In this document: in pieces, positions 14,392 through 29,200 of the stretch | How positions within the stretch are numbered: the first letter of the stretch is position 1 | Layout of the letters: every line of letters starts with the position of its first letter | Source: Eledone cirrhosa | Lineage: Eukaryota | Length of the DNA: 64,000 bases | NCBI GenBank assembly: GCA_964016885.1 | Contig: OZ024743.1 | Span: 141,112,001-141,176,000 of the forward strand | Reading direction: 5' to 3' | The notes under the pieces: model-generated | What the model was told of the DNA's origin: nothing | Database searches by the model: none | Seen by the model: the letters and a program-made list of their open reading frames with translations, nothing else | Made by a program: the position numbers and the translations under genes

Positions 14392-15950
14392 GCACCAATC
14401 ACCAAACACCAAGCACCAAGCGCCAAACACCAAACACCAAACACCTAGCACCAAGCACCAAGCACCGAACACCAAGCACCAAGCACCAAGCACCAAGCAC
14501 CATGCACCAAACACCAATCACCAAGCCCCAAGCACCAAACACCAAGCACCAAGCACCAAACACCAAACACCAAGCACCAAGCACCAAACACCAAACACCA
14601 AGCACCAAGCACCAAGCACCAAGCACCAAACACCATACACCAAACAGCAAACGCCAAAAAGCAAACGCCAAACCCCATACGCCAAACAGCAAATGCCAAA
14701 CCCCAAACGCCAAACAACAAACGCCAAGCACCAAACACCAAACACCAAACACCAAGCACCAATCACCAAACACCAAGCACCAAGCGCCAAGCACCAGACA
14801 CCAAGCACCAAGCACCAAACACCAAACACCAAGCACCAAGCACTAAACACCAAACACCAAGCACCAAGCACCAAGCACCAAGCACCAAGCACCAAACACC
14901 AAGCACCAAGCACCAAACAGCAAACACCAAACAGCAAACACCAAACAGCAAACACCAAACAGCAAACACCAAACAGCAATAACCAAACAGCAAACGCCAA
15001 AAAGCAAACGCCAAACTCCAAACGCCAAACAGCAAATGCCAAACCCCTAATGCCAAACGGCAAACGCCAAGCACCAAACACCAAACACCAAGCGCCAAGC
15101 ACCAAACACCAAACACCAAGCACCAAGCACCAAATACCAAACACCAAGCACCAATCACCAAACACCAAACACCAAGCGCCAAACACCAAACACCAAACAC
15201 CTATCACCAAGCACCAAGCACCAAACACCAAGCACCAAACACCAAGCACCAAGCACCAAGCACCAAGCACCAAACACCAATCACCAAGCCCCAAGCACCA
15301 AACACCAAGCACCCAGCACCAAACACCAAACACCAAGCACCAAGCACCCAGAACAAAGCACCAAGCACCAAACACCAAACACCAAGCTCCAAGCACCAAA
15401 CACCAAACACCAAGCACCAAGCACCAAGCACCAAACACCAAACACCAAGCACCAATCACCAAACACCAAGCACCAAGCGCCAAACACCAAACACCAAACA
15501 CCTAGCACCAAGCACCAAGCACCGAACACCAAGCACCAAGCACCAAGCACCAAGCACCAAGCACCAAACACCAATCACCAAGCCCCAAGCACCAAACACC
15601 AAGCACCAAGCACCAAACACCAAACACCAAGCACCAAGCACCAAACACCAAACACCAAGCACCAAGCACCAAGCACCAAGCACCAAACACCATACACCAA
15701 ACAGCAAACGCCAAAAAGCAAACGCCAAACCCCATACGCCAAACAGCAAATGCCAAACCCCAAACGCCAAACAGCAAACGCCAAGCACCAAACACCAAAC
15801 ACCAAACACCAAGCACCAATCACCAAACACCAAGCACCAAGCGCCAAGCACCAGACACCAAGCACCAAGCACCAAACACCAAACACCAAGCACCAAGCAC
15901 TAAACACCAAACACCAAGCACCAAGCACCAAGCACCAAGCACCAAGCACC
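13850..15950 (+). repeat. Tandem duplication, period 1057 bp (151 units); part recurs again 1351 bp (193 units) further on
   Basis: ORF pairs 14147/15204, 14224/15281, 14399/15456, 14843/15900. Shared CCCCTAA TGCCAAA CGGCAAA. 15502/16853 gives 1351. Confidence 0.88.
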
Positions 15951-18900
15951 AAACACCAAGCACCAAGCACCAAGCACCAAGCACCAAGCACCAAACACCA
16001 AGCACCAAGCACCAAACAGCAAACACCAAGCACCAAACACCAAACACCAAGCACCAAGCACCAAACACCAAACACCAAACACCAAGCACCAAGCCCCAAG
16101 CACCAAACACCAAGCACCAAGCACCAAACACCAAGCACGAAGCACCAAGCACCATGCACCAAACACCAAGCACCAAGCACCAAACAGCAAACACCAAACA
16201 GCAAACACCAAACACCAAACACCAACCAGCAAACACCAAACACCAAACACCAAACAGCAAACACCAAACAGCAAACACCAAACAGCAAACACCAAACACC
16301 AAACACCAAACAGCAAACGCCAAAAAGCAAACGCCAAACCCCATACGCCAAACAGCAAATGCCAAACCCCAAACGCCAAACAGCAAACGCCAAGCACCGA
16401 ACACCAAACACCAAGCGCCAAGCACCAAACACCAAACACCAAGCACCAAGCACCAAACACCAAACACCAAGCACCAAGCACCAAACACCAAACACCAAGC
16501 ACCAATCACCAAACACCAAACACCAAGCGCCAAACACCAAACACCAAACACCTATCACCAAGCACCAAGCACCAAACACCAAGCACCAAACACCAAGCAC
16601 CAAGCACCAAGCACCAAGCACCAAACACCAATCACCTAGCCCCAAGCACCAAACACCAAGCACCCAGCACCAAACACCAAACACCAAGCACCAAGCACCC
16701 AGAACAAAGCACCAAGCACCAAACACCAAACACCAAGCTCCAAGCACCAAACACCAAACACCAAGCACCAAGCACCAAGCACCAAACACCAAACACCAAG
16801 CACCAATCACCAAACACCAAGCACCAAGCGCCAAACACCAAACACCAAACACCTAGCACCAAGCACCAAGCACCGAACACCAAGCACCAAGCACCAAGCA
16901 CCAAGCACCAAGCACCAAACACCAATCACCAAGCCCCAAGCACCAAACACCAAGCACCAAGCACCAAACACCAAACACCAAGCACCAAGCAGCAAACACC
17001 AAACACCAAGCACCAAGCACCAAGCACCAAGCACCAAACACCATACACCAAACAGCAAACGCTAAAAAGCAAACGCCAAACCCCATACGCCAAACAGCAA
17101 ATGCCAAACCCCAAACGCCAAACAGCAAACGCCAAGCACCAAACACCAAACACCAAGCGCCAAGCACCAAACACCAAACACCAAGCACCAAGCACCAAAC
17201 ACCAAACACCAAGCACCAATCACCAAACACCAAGCACCAAGCGCCAAGCACCAGACACCAAGCACCAAGCACCAAACACCAAACACCAAGCACCAAGCAC
17301 TAAACACCAAACACCAAGCACCAAGCACCAAGCACCAAGCACCAAGCACCAAACACCAAGCACCAAGCACCAAGCACCAAGCACCAAGCACCAAACACCA
17401 AACACCAAACACCAAACACCAAACACCAAGCACCAAGCACCAAACACCAAACACCAAACACCAAGCACCAAGCCCCAAGCACCAAACACCAAGCACCAAG
17501 CACCAAACACCAAGCACGAAGCACCAAGCACCATGCACCAAACACCAAGCACCAAGCACCAAACAGCAAACACCAAACAGCAAACACCAAACACCAAACA
17601 CCAACCAGCGAACACCAAACACCAAACACCAAACAGCAAACACCAAACAGCAAACACCAAACAGCAAACACCAAACACCAAACACCAAACAGCAAACGCC
17701 AAAAAGCAAACGCCAAACCCCATACGCCAAACAGCAAATGCCAAACCCCAAACGCCAAACAGCAAACGCCAAGCACCGAACACCAAACACCAAGCGCCAA
17801 GCACCAAACACCAAACACCAAGCACCAAGCACCAAACACCAAACACCAAGCACCAATCACCAAACACCAAGCACCAAGCGCCAAGCACCAAACACCAAAC
17901 ACCTAGCACCAAGCACCAAGCACCAAACACCAAGTACCAAACACCAATCACCAAGCCCCAAGCACCAAACACCAAGCACCAAGCACCAAACACCAAACAC
18001 CAAGCACCAAGACCCAGAACCAAGCACCAAGCACCAAACACCAAGCACCAAGCACCGAGCACCAAACACCAAGAACCAAGCACCAAGCACTAAACACCAA
18101 ACACCAAGCACCAAGCACCAAACACCAAACACCAAGCACCAAACACCAAACAGCAAACGCCAAAAAGCAAACGCCAAACCCCATATGCCAAACAGCAAAT
18201 GCCAAACTCCAAACGCCAAACAGCAAACGCCAGGCACCAAACACCAAACACCAAGCGCCAAGCACCAAACACCAAACACCAAGCACCAAGCACCAAACAC
18301 CAAACACCAAGCACCAATCACCAAACACCAAGCACCAAGCGCCAAGCACCAAACACCAAACACCTAGCACCAAGCACCAAGCACCAAACACCAAGCACCA
18401 AACACCAATCACCAAGCCCCAAGCACCAAACACTAGCACCAAGCACCAAACACCAAACACCAAGCACCAAGCACCAAGGACCAAGCACCAAACACCAAGC
18501 ACCAAGCACCGAGCACCAAACACCAAGAACCAAGCACCAAGCACTAAACACCAAACACCAAGCACCAAGCACCAAACACCAAACACCAAGCACCAAGTAC
18601 AAAACTCCAAACACCAAACACCAAGCACCAAGCACCAAATCCCAAGCACCAAACACCAAGCACCAATCACCAAACACCAAACACCAAGCACCAAGCACCA
18701 AACTCCAAAAACCAAGCACCAAGCACCAAGCACCAAACACCAAACGCCAAACACCAAACACCAAGTACCAAGCACCAAACACCAAGCACCAAGCGCCAAA
18801 GACCAAACACCAAGCACCAAGCACGAAACACCAAGCACCAAGCACCGAGCACCAAACACCAAGTACCAAGCACCAATCACCAAACACCAAGCACCAAGCA

Positions 18901-21900
18901 CCAAACACCAAACACCAAGCACCAAGCACCAAGCATCAAGCACCAAGCACCAAACACCAACCACCAAGCACCAAACACCAAACACAAAACAACAAGTACC
19001 AAGCACCAAACACCAAACACCAAACACCAAACACCAAGCACCAAGCACAAGACACCAAGCACCAAGCACCAAGCACCAAGCACCAAAAACCAAGCACCAA
19101 GCTCCAAGCACCAAACACCAAGCACCAAACACCAAACACCAAGCACCAAGCACCAAACACCAAGCACCAAGCGCCAAACACCAAACACCAAGCACCAAGC
19201 ACCAAACACCAAGCACCAACCACCAAGCACCAAACACCAAGCACCAAGCACCAAGCACCAAGCACCAAGCACCAAACACCAAGCACCAAGCACCAAACAG
19301 CAAACACCAAGCACCAAACACCAAGCACCAAGCCCCAAGCACGAAACACCAAGCACCAAGCACGAAACACCAAGCACCAAGCACCAAGCACCATGCACCA
19401 AACACCAAGCACCAAGCACCAAACAGCAAACACCAAACAGCAAACACCAAACAGCAAACACCAAACAGCAAACACCAAACAGCAAACGCCAAAAAGCAAA
19501 CGCCAAACTCCAAACGCCAAACAGCAAATGCCAAACCCAAACGCCAAACAGCAAACGCCAAGCACAAAACACCAAACACCAAGCGCCAAGCACCAAACAC
19601 CAAACACCAAGCACCAAGCACCAAACACCAAGCACCAAGCGCCAAGCACCAGACACCAAGCACCAAGCACCAAACACCAAACACCAAGCACCAAGCACTA
19701 AACACCAAACACCAAGCACCAAGCACCAAGCACCAAGCACCAAGCACCAAACACCAAGCACCAAGCACCAAGCACCAAGCACCAAGCACCAAACACCAAA
19801 CACCAAACACCAAACACCAAACACCAAGCACCAAGCACCAAACACCAAACACCAAACACCAAGCACCAAGCCCCAAGCACCAAACACCAAGCACCAAGCA
19901 CCAAACACCAAGCACGAAGCACCAAGCACCATGCACCAAACACCAAGCACCAAGCACCAAACAGCAAACACCAAACAGCAAACACCAAACACCAAACACC
20001 AACCAGCGAACACCAAACACCAAACACCAAACAGCAAACACCAAACAGCAAACACCAAACAGCAAACACCAAACACCAAACACCAAACAGCAAACGCCAA
20101 AAAGCAAACGCCAAACCCCATACGCCAAACAGCAAATGCCAAACCCCAAACGCCAAACAGCAAACGCCAAGCACCGAACACCAAACACCAAGCGCCAAGC
20201 ACCAAACACCAAACACCAAGCACCAAGCACCAAACACCAAACACCAAGCACCAATCACCAAACACCAAGCACCAAGCGCCAAGCACCAAACACCAAACAC
20301 CTAGCACCAAGCACCAAGCACCAAACACCAAGTACCAAACACCAATCACCAAGCCCCAAGCACCAAACACCAAGCACCAAGCACCAAACACCAAACACCA
20401 AGCACCAAGACCCAGAACCAAGCACCAAGCACCAAACACCAAGCACCAAGCACCGAGCACCAAACACCAAGAACCAAGCACCAAGCACTAAACACCAAAC
20501 ACCAAGCACCAAGCACCAAACACCAAACACCAAGCACCAAACACCAAACAGCAAACGCCAAAAAGCAAACGCCAAACCCCATATGCCAAACAGCAAATGC
20601 CAAACTCCAAACGCCAAACAGCAAACGCCAGGCACCAAACACCAAACACCAAGCGCCAAGCACCAAACACCAAACACCAAGCACCAAGCACCAAACACCA
20701 AACACCAAGCACCAATCACCAAACACCAAGCACCAAGCGCCAAGCACCAAACACCAAACACCTAGCACCAAGCACCAAGCACCAAACACCAAGCACCAAA
20801 CACCAATCACCAAGCCCCAAGCACCAAACACCAAGCACCAAGCACCAAACACCAAACACCAAGCACCAAGCACCAAGGACCAAGCACCAAACACCAAGCA
20901 CCAAGCACCGAGCACCAAACACCAAGAACCAAGCACCAAGCACTAAACACCAAACACCAAGCACCAAGCACCAAACACCAAACACCAAGCACCAAGTACA
21001 AAACTCCAAACACCAAACACCAAGCACCAAGCACCAAATCCCAAGCACCAAACACCAAGCACCAATCACCAAACACCAAACACCAAGCACCAAGCACCAA
21101 ACTCCAAAAACCAAGCACCAAGCACCAAGCACCAAACACCAAACGCCAAACACCAAACACCAAGTACCAAGCACCAAACACCAAGCACCAAGCGCCAAAG
21201 ACCAAACACCAAGCACCAAGCACGAAACACCAAGCACCAAGCACCGAGCACCAAACACCAAGTACCAAGCACCAATCACCAAACACCAAGCACCAAGCAC
21301 CAAACACCAAACACCAAGCACCAAGCACCAAGCATCAAGCACCAAGCACCAAACACCAACCACCAAGCACCAAACACCAAACACAAAACAACAAGTACCA
21401 AGCACCAAACACCAAACACCAAACACCAAACACCAAGCACCAAGCACAAGACACCAAGCACCAAGCACCAAGCACCAAGCACCAAAAACCAAGCACCAAG
21501 CTCCAAGCACCAAACACCAAGCACCAAACACCAAACACCAAGCACCAAGCACCAAACACCAAGCACCAAGCGCCAAACACCAAACACCAAGCACCAAGCA
21601 CCAAACACCAAGCACCAACCACCAAGCACCAAACACCAAGCACCAAGCACCAAGCACCAAGCACCAAGCACCAAACACCAAGCACCAAGCACCAAACAGC
21701 AAACACCAAGCACCAAACACCAAGCACCAAGCCCCAAGCACGAAACACCAAGCACCAAGCACGAAACACCAAGCACCAAGCACCAAGCACCATGCACCAA
21801 ACACCAAGCACCAAGCACCAAACAGCAAACACCAAACAGCAAACACCAAACAGCAAACACCAAACAGCAAACACCAAACAGCAAACGCCAAAAAGCAAAC

Positions 21901-24900
21901 GCCAAACTCCAAACGCCAAACAGCAAATGCCAAACCCAAACGCCAAACAGCAAACGCCAAGCACAAAACACCAAACACCAAGCGCCAAGCACCAAACACC
22001 AAACACCAAGCACCAAGCACCAAACACCAAACACCAAGCACCAAGTACCAAACACCAAACACCAAGCACCAAACACCAAACAGCAAACGCAAAAAAGCAA
22101 ACGCCAAACCCCATACGCCAAACAGCAAATGCCAAACCCCAAATGCCAAACGGCAAACGCCAAGCACCAAACACCAAACACCAAGCGCCAAGCACCAAAC
22201 ACCAAACACCAAGCACCAAGCACCAAACACCAAACACCAAGCACCAATCACCAAACACCAAACACCAAGCGCCAAACACCAAACACCAAACACCTATCAC
22301 CAAGCACCAAGCACCAAACACCAAGCACCAAACACCAAGCACCAAGCACCAAGCACCAAGCACCAAACACCAATCACCAAGCCCCAAGCACCAAACACAA
22401 AGCACCCAGCACCAAACACCAAACACCAAGCACCAAGCACCCAGAACAAAGCACCAAGCAACAAACACCAAACACCAAGCTCCAAGCACCAAACACCAAA
22501 CACCAAGCACCAAGCACCAAGCACCAAACACCAAACACCAAGCACCAATCACCAAACACCAAGCACCATGCGCCAAACACCAAACACCAAACACCTAGCA
22601 CCAAGCACCAAGCACCGAACACCAAGCACCAAGCACCAAGCACCAAGCACCAAGCACCAAACACCAATCACCAAGCCCCAAGCACCAAACAACAAGCACC
22701 AAGCACCAAACACCAAACACCAAGCACCAAGCACCAAACACCAAACACCAAGCACCAAGCACCAAGCACCAAGCACCAAACACCATACACCAAACAGCAA
22801 ACGCCAAAAAGCAAACGCCAAACCCCCTACGCCAAACAGCAAATGCCAAACCCCAAACGCCAAACAGCAAACGCCAAGCACCAAACACCAAACACCAAAC
22901 ACCAAGCACCAATCACCAAACACCAAGCACCAAGCGCCAAGCACCAGACACCAAGCACCAAGCACCAAACACCAAACACCAAGCACCAAGCACTAAACAC
23001 CAAACACCAAGCACCAAGCACCAAGCACCAAGCACCAAGCACCAAACACCAAGCACCAAGCACCAAGCACCAAGCACCAAGCACCAAACACCAAGCACCA
23101 ATCACCAAACAGCAAACACCAAGCACCAAACACCAAACACCAAGCACCAAGCACCAAACACCAAACACCAAACACCAAGCACCAAGCCCCAAGCACCAAA
23201 CACCAAGCACCAAGCACCAAACACCAAGCACGAAGCACCAAGCACCATGCACCAAACACCAAGCACCAAGCACCAAACAGCAAACACCAAACAGCAAACA
23301 CCAAACACCAAACACCAACCAGCAAACACCAAACACCAAACACCAAACAGCAAACACCAAACAGCAAACACCAAACAGCAAACACCAAACACCAAACACC
23401 AAACAGCAAACGCCAAAAAGCAAACGCCAAACCCCATACGCCAAACAGCAAATGCCAAACCCCAAACGCCAAACAGCAAACGCCAGGCACCGAACACCAA
23501 ACACCAAGCGCCAAGCACCAAACACCAAACACCAAGCACCAAGCACCAAACACCAAACACCAAGCACCAAGCACCAAACACCAAACACCAAGCACCAATC
23601 ACCAAACACCAAACACCAAGCGCCAAACACCAAACACCAAACACCTATCACCAAGCACCAAGCCCCAAACACCAAGCACCAAACACCAAGCACCAAGCAC
23701 CAAGCACCAAGCACCAAACACCAATCACCTAGCCCCAAGCACCAAAACCAAGCACCCAGCACCAAACACCAAACACCAAGCACCAAGCACCCAGAACAAA
23801 GCACCAAGCACCAAACACCAAACACCAAGCTCCAAGCACCAAACACCAAACACCAAGCACCAAGCACCAAGCACCAAACACCAAGCACCAAGCACCAAGC
23901 ACCAAGCACCAAGCACCAAGCACCAAGCACCAAACACCAATCACCAAGCCCCAAGCACCAAACACCAAGCACCAAGCACCAAACACCAAACACCAAGCAC
24001 CAAGCAGCAAACACCAAACACCAAGCACCAAGCACCAAGCACCAAGCACCAAACACCATACACCAAACAGCAAACGCTAAAAAGCAAACGCCAAACCCCA
24101 TACGCCAAACAGCAAATGCCAAACCCCAAACGCCAAACAGCAAACGCCAAGCACCAAACACCAAACACCAAGCGCCAAGCACCAAACACCAAACACCAAG
24201 CACCAAGCACCAAACACCAAACACCAAGCACCAATCACCAAACACCAAGCACCAAGCGCCAAGCACCAGACACCAAGCACCAAGCACCAAACACCAAACA
24301 CCAAGCACCAAGCACTAAACACCAAACACCAAGCACCAAGCACCAAGCACCAAGCACCAAGCACCAAACACCAAGCACCAAGCACCAAGCACCAAGCACC
24401 AAGCACCAAACACCAAACACCAAACACCAAACACCAAACACCAAGCACCAAGCACCAAACACCAAACACCAAACACCAAGCACCAAGCCCCAAGCACCAA
24501 ACACCAAGCACCAAGCACCAAACACCAAGCACGAAGCACGAAGCACCATGCACCAAACACCAAGCACCAAGCACCAAACAGCAAACACCAAACAGCAAAC
24601 ACCAAACACCAAACACCAACCAGCGAACACCAAACACCAAACACCAAACAGCAAACACCAAACAGCAAACACCAAACAGCAAACACCAAACACCAAACAC
24701 CAAACAGCAAACGCCAAAAAGCAAACGCCAAACCCCATACGCCAAACAGCAAATGCCAAACCCCAAACGCCAAACAGCAAACGCCAAGCACCGAACACCA
24801 AACACCAAGCGCCAAGCACCAAACACCAAACACCAAGCACCAAGCACCAAACACCAAACACCAAGCACCAATCACCAAACACCAAGCACCAAGCGCCAAG

Positions 24901-27900
24901 CACCAAACACCAAACACCTAGCACCAAGCACCAAGCACCAAACACCAAGTACCAAACACCAATCACCAAGCCCCAAGCACCAAACACCAAGCACCAAGCA
25001 CCAAACACCAAACACCAAGCACCAAGACCCAGAACCAAGCACCAAGCACCAAACACCAAGCACCAAGCACCGAGCACCAAACACCAAGAACCAAGCACCA
25101 AGCACTAAACACCAAACACCAAGCACCAAGCACCAAACACCAAACACCAAGCACCAAACACCAAACAGCAAACGCCAAAAAGCAAACGCCAAACCCCATA
25201 TGCCAAACAGCAAATGCCAAACTCCAAACGCCAAACAGCAAACGCCAGGCACCAAACACCAAACACCAAGCGCCAAGCACCAAACACCAAACACCAAGCA
25301 CCAAGCACCAAACACCAAACACCAAGCACCAATCACCAAACACCAAGCACCAAGCGCCAAGCACCAAACACCAAACACCTAGCACCAAGCACCAAGCACC
25401 AAACACCAAGCACCAAACACCAATCACCAAGCCCCAAGCACCAAACACTAGCACCAAGCACCAAACACCAAACACCAAGCACCAAGCACCAAGGACCAAG
25501 CACCAAACACCAAGCACCAAGCACCGAGCACCAAACACCAAGAACCAAGCACCAAGCACTAAACACCAAACACCAAGCACCAAGCACCAAACACCAAACA
25601 CCAAGCACCAAGTACAAAACTCCAAACACCAAACACCAAGCACCAAGCACCAAATCCCAAGCACCAAACACCAAGCACCAATCACCAAACACCAAACACC
25701 AAGCACCAAGCACCAAACTCCAAAAACCAAGCACCAAGCACCAAGCACCAAACACCAAACGCCAAACACCAAACACCAAGTACCAAGCACCAAACACCAA
25801 GCACCAAGCGCCAAAGACCAAACACCAAGCACCAAGCACGAAACACCAAGCACCAAGCACCGAGCACCAAACACCAAGTACCAAGCACCAATCACCAAAC
25901 ACCAAGCACCAAGCACCAAACACCAAACACCAAGCACCAAGCACCAAGCATCAAGCACCAAGCACCAAACACCAACCACCAAGCACCAAACACCAAACAC
26001 AAAACAACAAGTACCAAGCACCAAACACCAAACACCAAACACCAAACACCAAGCACCAAGCACAAGACACCAAGCACCAAGCACCAAGCACCAAGCACCA
26101 AAAACCAAGCACCAAGCTCCAAGCACCAAACACCAAGCACCAAACACCAAACACCAAGCACCAAGCACCAAACACCAAGCACCAAGCGCCAAACACCAAA
26201 CACCAAGCACCAAGCACCAAACACCAAGCACCAACCACCAAGCACCAAACACCAAGCACCAAGCACCAAGCACCAAGCACCAAGCACCAAACACCAAGCA
26301 CCAAGCACCAAACAGCAAACACCAAGCACCAAACACCAAGCACCAAGCCCCAAGCACGAAACACCAAGCACCAAGCACGAAACACCAAGCACCAAGCACC
26401 AAGCACCATGCACCAAACACCAAGCACCAAGCACCAAACAGCAAACACCAAACAGCAAACACCAAACAGCAAACACCAAACAGCAAACACCAAACAGCAA
26501 ACGCCAAAAAGCAAACGCCAAACTCCAAACGCCAAACAGCAAATGCCAAACCCAAACGCCAAACAGCAAACGCCAAGCACAAAACACCAAACACCAAGCG
26601 CCAAGCACCAAACACCAAACACCAAGCACCAAGCACCAAACACCAAGCACCAAGCGCCAAGCACCAGACACCAAGCACCAAGCACCAAACACCAAACACC
26701 AAGCACCAAGCACTAAACACCAAACACCAAGCACCAAGCACCAAGCACCAAGCACCAAGCACCAAACACCAAGCACCAAGCACCAAGCACCAAGCACCAA
26801 GCACCAAACACCAAACACCAAACACCAAACACCAAACACCAAGCACCAAGCACCAAACACCAAACACCAAACACCAAGCACCAAGCCCCAAGCACCAAAC
26901 ACCAAGCACCAAGCACCAAACACCAAGCACGAAGCACCAAGCACCATGCACCAAACACCAAGCACCAAGCACCAAACAGCAAACACCAAACAGCAAACAC
27001 CAAACACCAAACACCAACCAGCGAACACCAAACACCAAACACCAAACAGCAAACACCAAACAGCAAACACCAAACAGCAAACACCAAACACCAAACACCA
27101 AACAGCAAACGCCAAAAAGCAAACGCCAAACCCCATACGCCAAACAGCAAATGCCAAACCCCAAACGCCAAACAGCAAACGCCAAGCACCGAACACCAAA
27201 CACCAAGCGCCAAGCACCAAACACCAAACACCAAGCACCAAGCACCAAACACCAAACACCAAGCACCAATCACCAAACACCAAGCACCAAGCGCCAAGCA
27301 CCAAACACCAAACACCTAGCACCAAGCACCAAGCACCAAACACCAAGTACCAAACACCAATCACCAAGCCCCAAGCACCAAACACCAAGCACCAAGCACC
27401 AAACACCAAACACCAAGCACCAAGACCCAGAACCAAGCACCAAGCACCAAACACCAAGCACCAAGCACCGAGCACCAAACACCAAGAACCAAGCACCAAG
27501 CACTAAACACCAAACACCAAGCACCAAGCACCAAACACCAAACACCAAGCACCAAACACCAAACAGCAAACGCCAAAAAGCAAACGCCAAACCCCATATG
27601 CCAAACAGCAAATGCCAAACTCCAAACGCCAAACAGCAAACGCCAGGCACCAAACACCAAACACCAAGCGCCAAGCACCAAACACCAAACACCAAGCACC
27701 AAGCACCAAACACCAAACACCAAGCACCAATCACCAAACACCAAGCACCAAGCGCCAAGCACCAAACACCAAACACCTAGCACCAAGCACCAAGCACCAA
27801 ACACCAAGCACCAAACACCAATCACCAAGACCCAAGCACCAAACACCAAGCACCAAGCACCAAACACCAAACACCAAGCACCAAGCACCAAGGACCAAGC

Positions 27901-29200
27901 ACCAAACACCAAGCACCAAGCACCGAGCACCAAACACCAAGAACCAAGCACCAAGCACTAAACCCCAAACACCAAGCACCAAGCACCAAACACCAAACAC
28001 CAAGCACCAAGTACAAAACTCCAAACACCAAACACCAAGCACCAAGCACCAAATCCCAAGCACCAAACACCAAGCACCAATCACCAAACACCAAACACCG
28101 AGCACCAAGCACCAAACTCCAAAAACCAAGCACCAAGCACCAAGCACCAAACACCAAACGCCAAACACCAAACACCAAGTACCAAGCACCAAACACCAAG
28201 CACCAAGCGCCAAAGACCAAACACCAAGCACCAAGCACGAAACACCAAGCACCAAGCACCGAGCACCAAACACCAAGTACCAAGCACCAATCACCAAACA
28301 CCAAGCACCAAGCACCAAACACCAAACACCAAGCACCAAGCACCAAGCATCAAGCACCAAGCACCAAACACCAACCACCAAGCACCAAACACCAAACACA
28401 AAACAACAAGTACCAAGCACCAAACACCAAACACCAAACACCAAACACCAAGCACCAAGCACAAGACACCAAGCACCAAGCACCAAGCACCAAGCACCAA
28501 AAACCAAGCACCAAGCTCCAAGCACCAAACACCAAGCACCAAACACCAAACACCAAGCACCAAGCACCAAGCACCAAACACCAAGCACCAAGCGCCAAAC
28601 ACCAAACACCAAGCACCAAGCACCAAACACCAAGCACCAACCACCAAGCACCAAACACCAAGCACCAAGCACCAAGCACCAAGCACCAAGCACCAAACAC
28701 CAAGCACCAAGCACCAAACAGCAAACACCAAGCACCAAACACCAAACACCAAGCACCAAGCAACAAACACCAAACACCAAGCACCAAACACCAAGCACCA
28801 AGCCCCAAGCACGAAACACCAAGCACCAAGCACGAAACACCAAGCACCAAGCACCAAGCACCATGCACCAAACACCAAGCACCAAGCACCAAACAGCAAA
28901 CACCAAACAGCAAACACCAAACAGCAAACACCAAACAGCAAACACCAAACAGCAAACACCAAACAGCAAACGCCAAAAAGCAAACGCCAAACTCCAAACG
29001 CCAAACAGCAAATGCCAAACCCAAACGCCAAACAGCAAACGCCAAGCACAAAACACCAAACACCAAGCGCCAAGCACCAAGCACCAAACACCAAACCCCA
29101 AGCACCAAGTACCAAACACCAAACACCAAGCACCAAACACCAAACAGCAAACGCAAAAAAGCAAACGCCAAACCCCATACGCCAAACAGCAAATGCCAAA
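15050..29200 (+). repeat. Tandem duplication of ~7.0-7.1 kb (offset 7093, then 7015 over ~16870-21550 vs ~23885-28565)
   Basis: ORF pairs 15204/22297 and 16632/23725 (7093); 17101/24116, 18199/25214, 20597/27612, 21335/28350 (7015). Private markers CGCTAAA, CACTAG and CACCTAG CCCCAAG occur in both copies. Confidence 0.92.
17230..22020 (+). repeat. Nested tandem duplication, period 2398/2399 bp; repeated at ~24245-29090
   Basis: ORF pairs 17300/19698, 17738/20136, 18090/20488 (2398) and 18667/21066 (2399, after a 1-bp deletion CACTAG at ~18431). Markers CAGCGAA and ACCCAG occur in all four copies. Confidence 0.92.
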
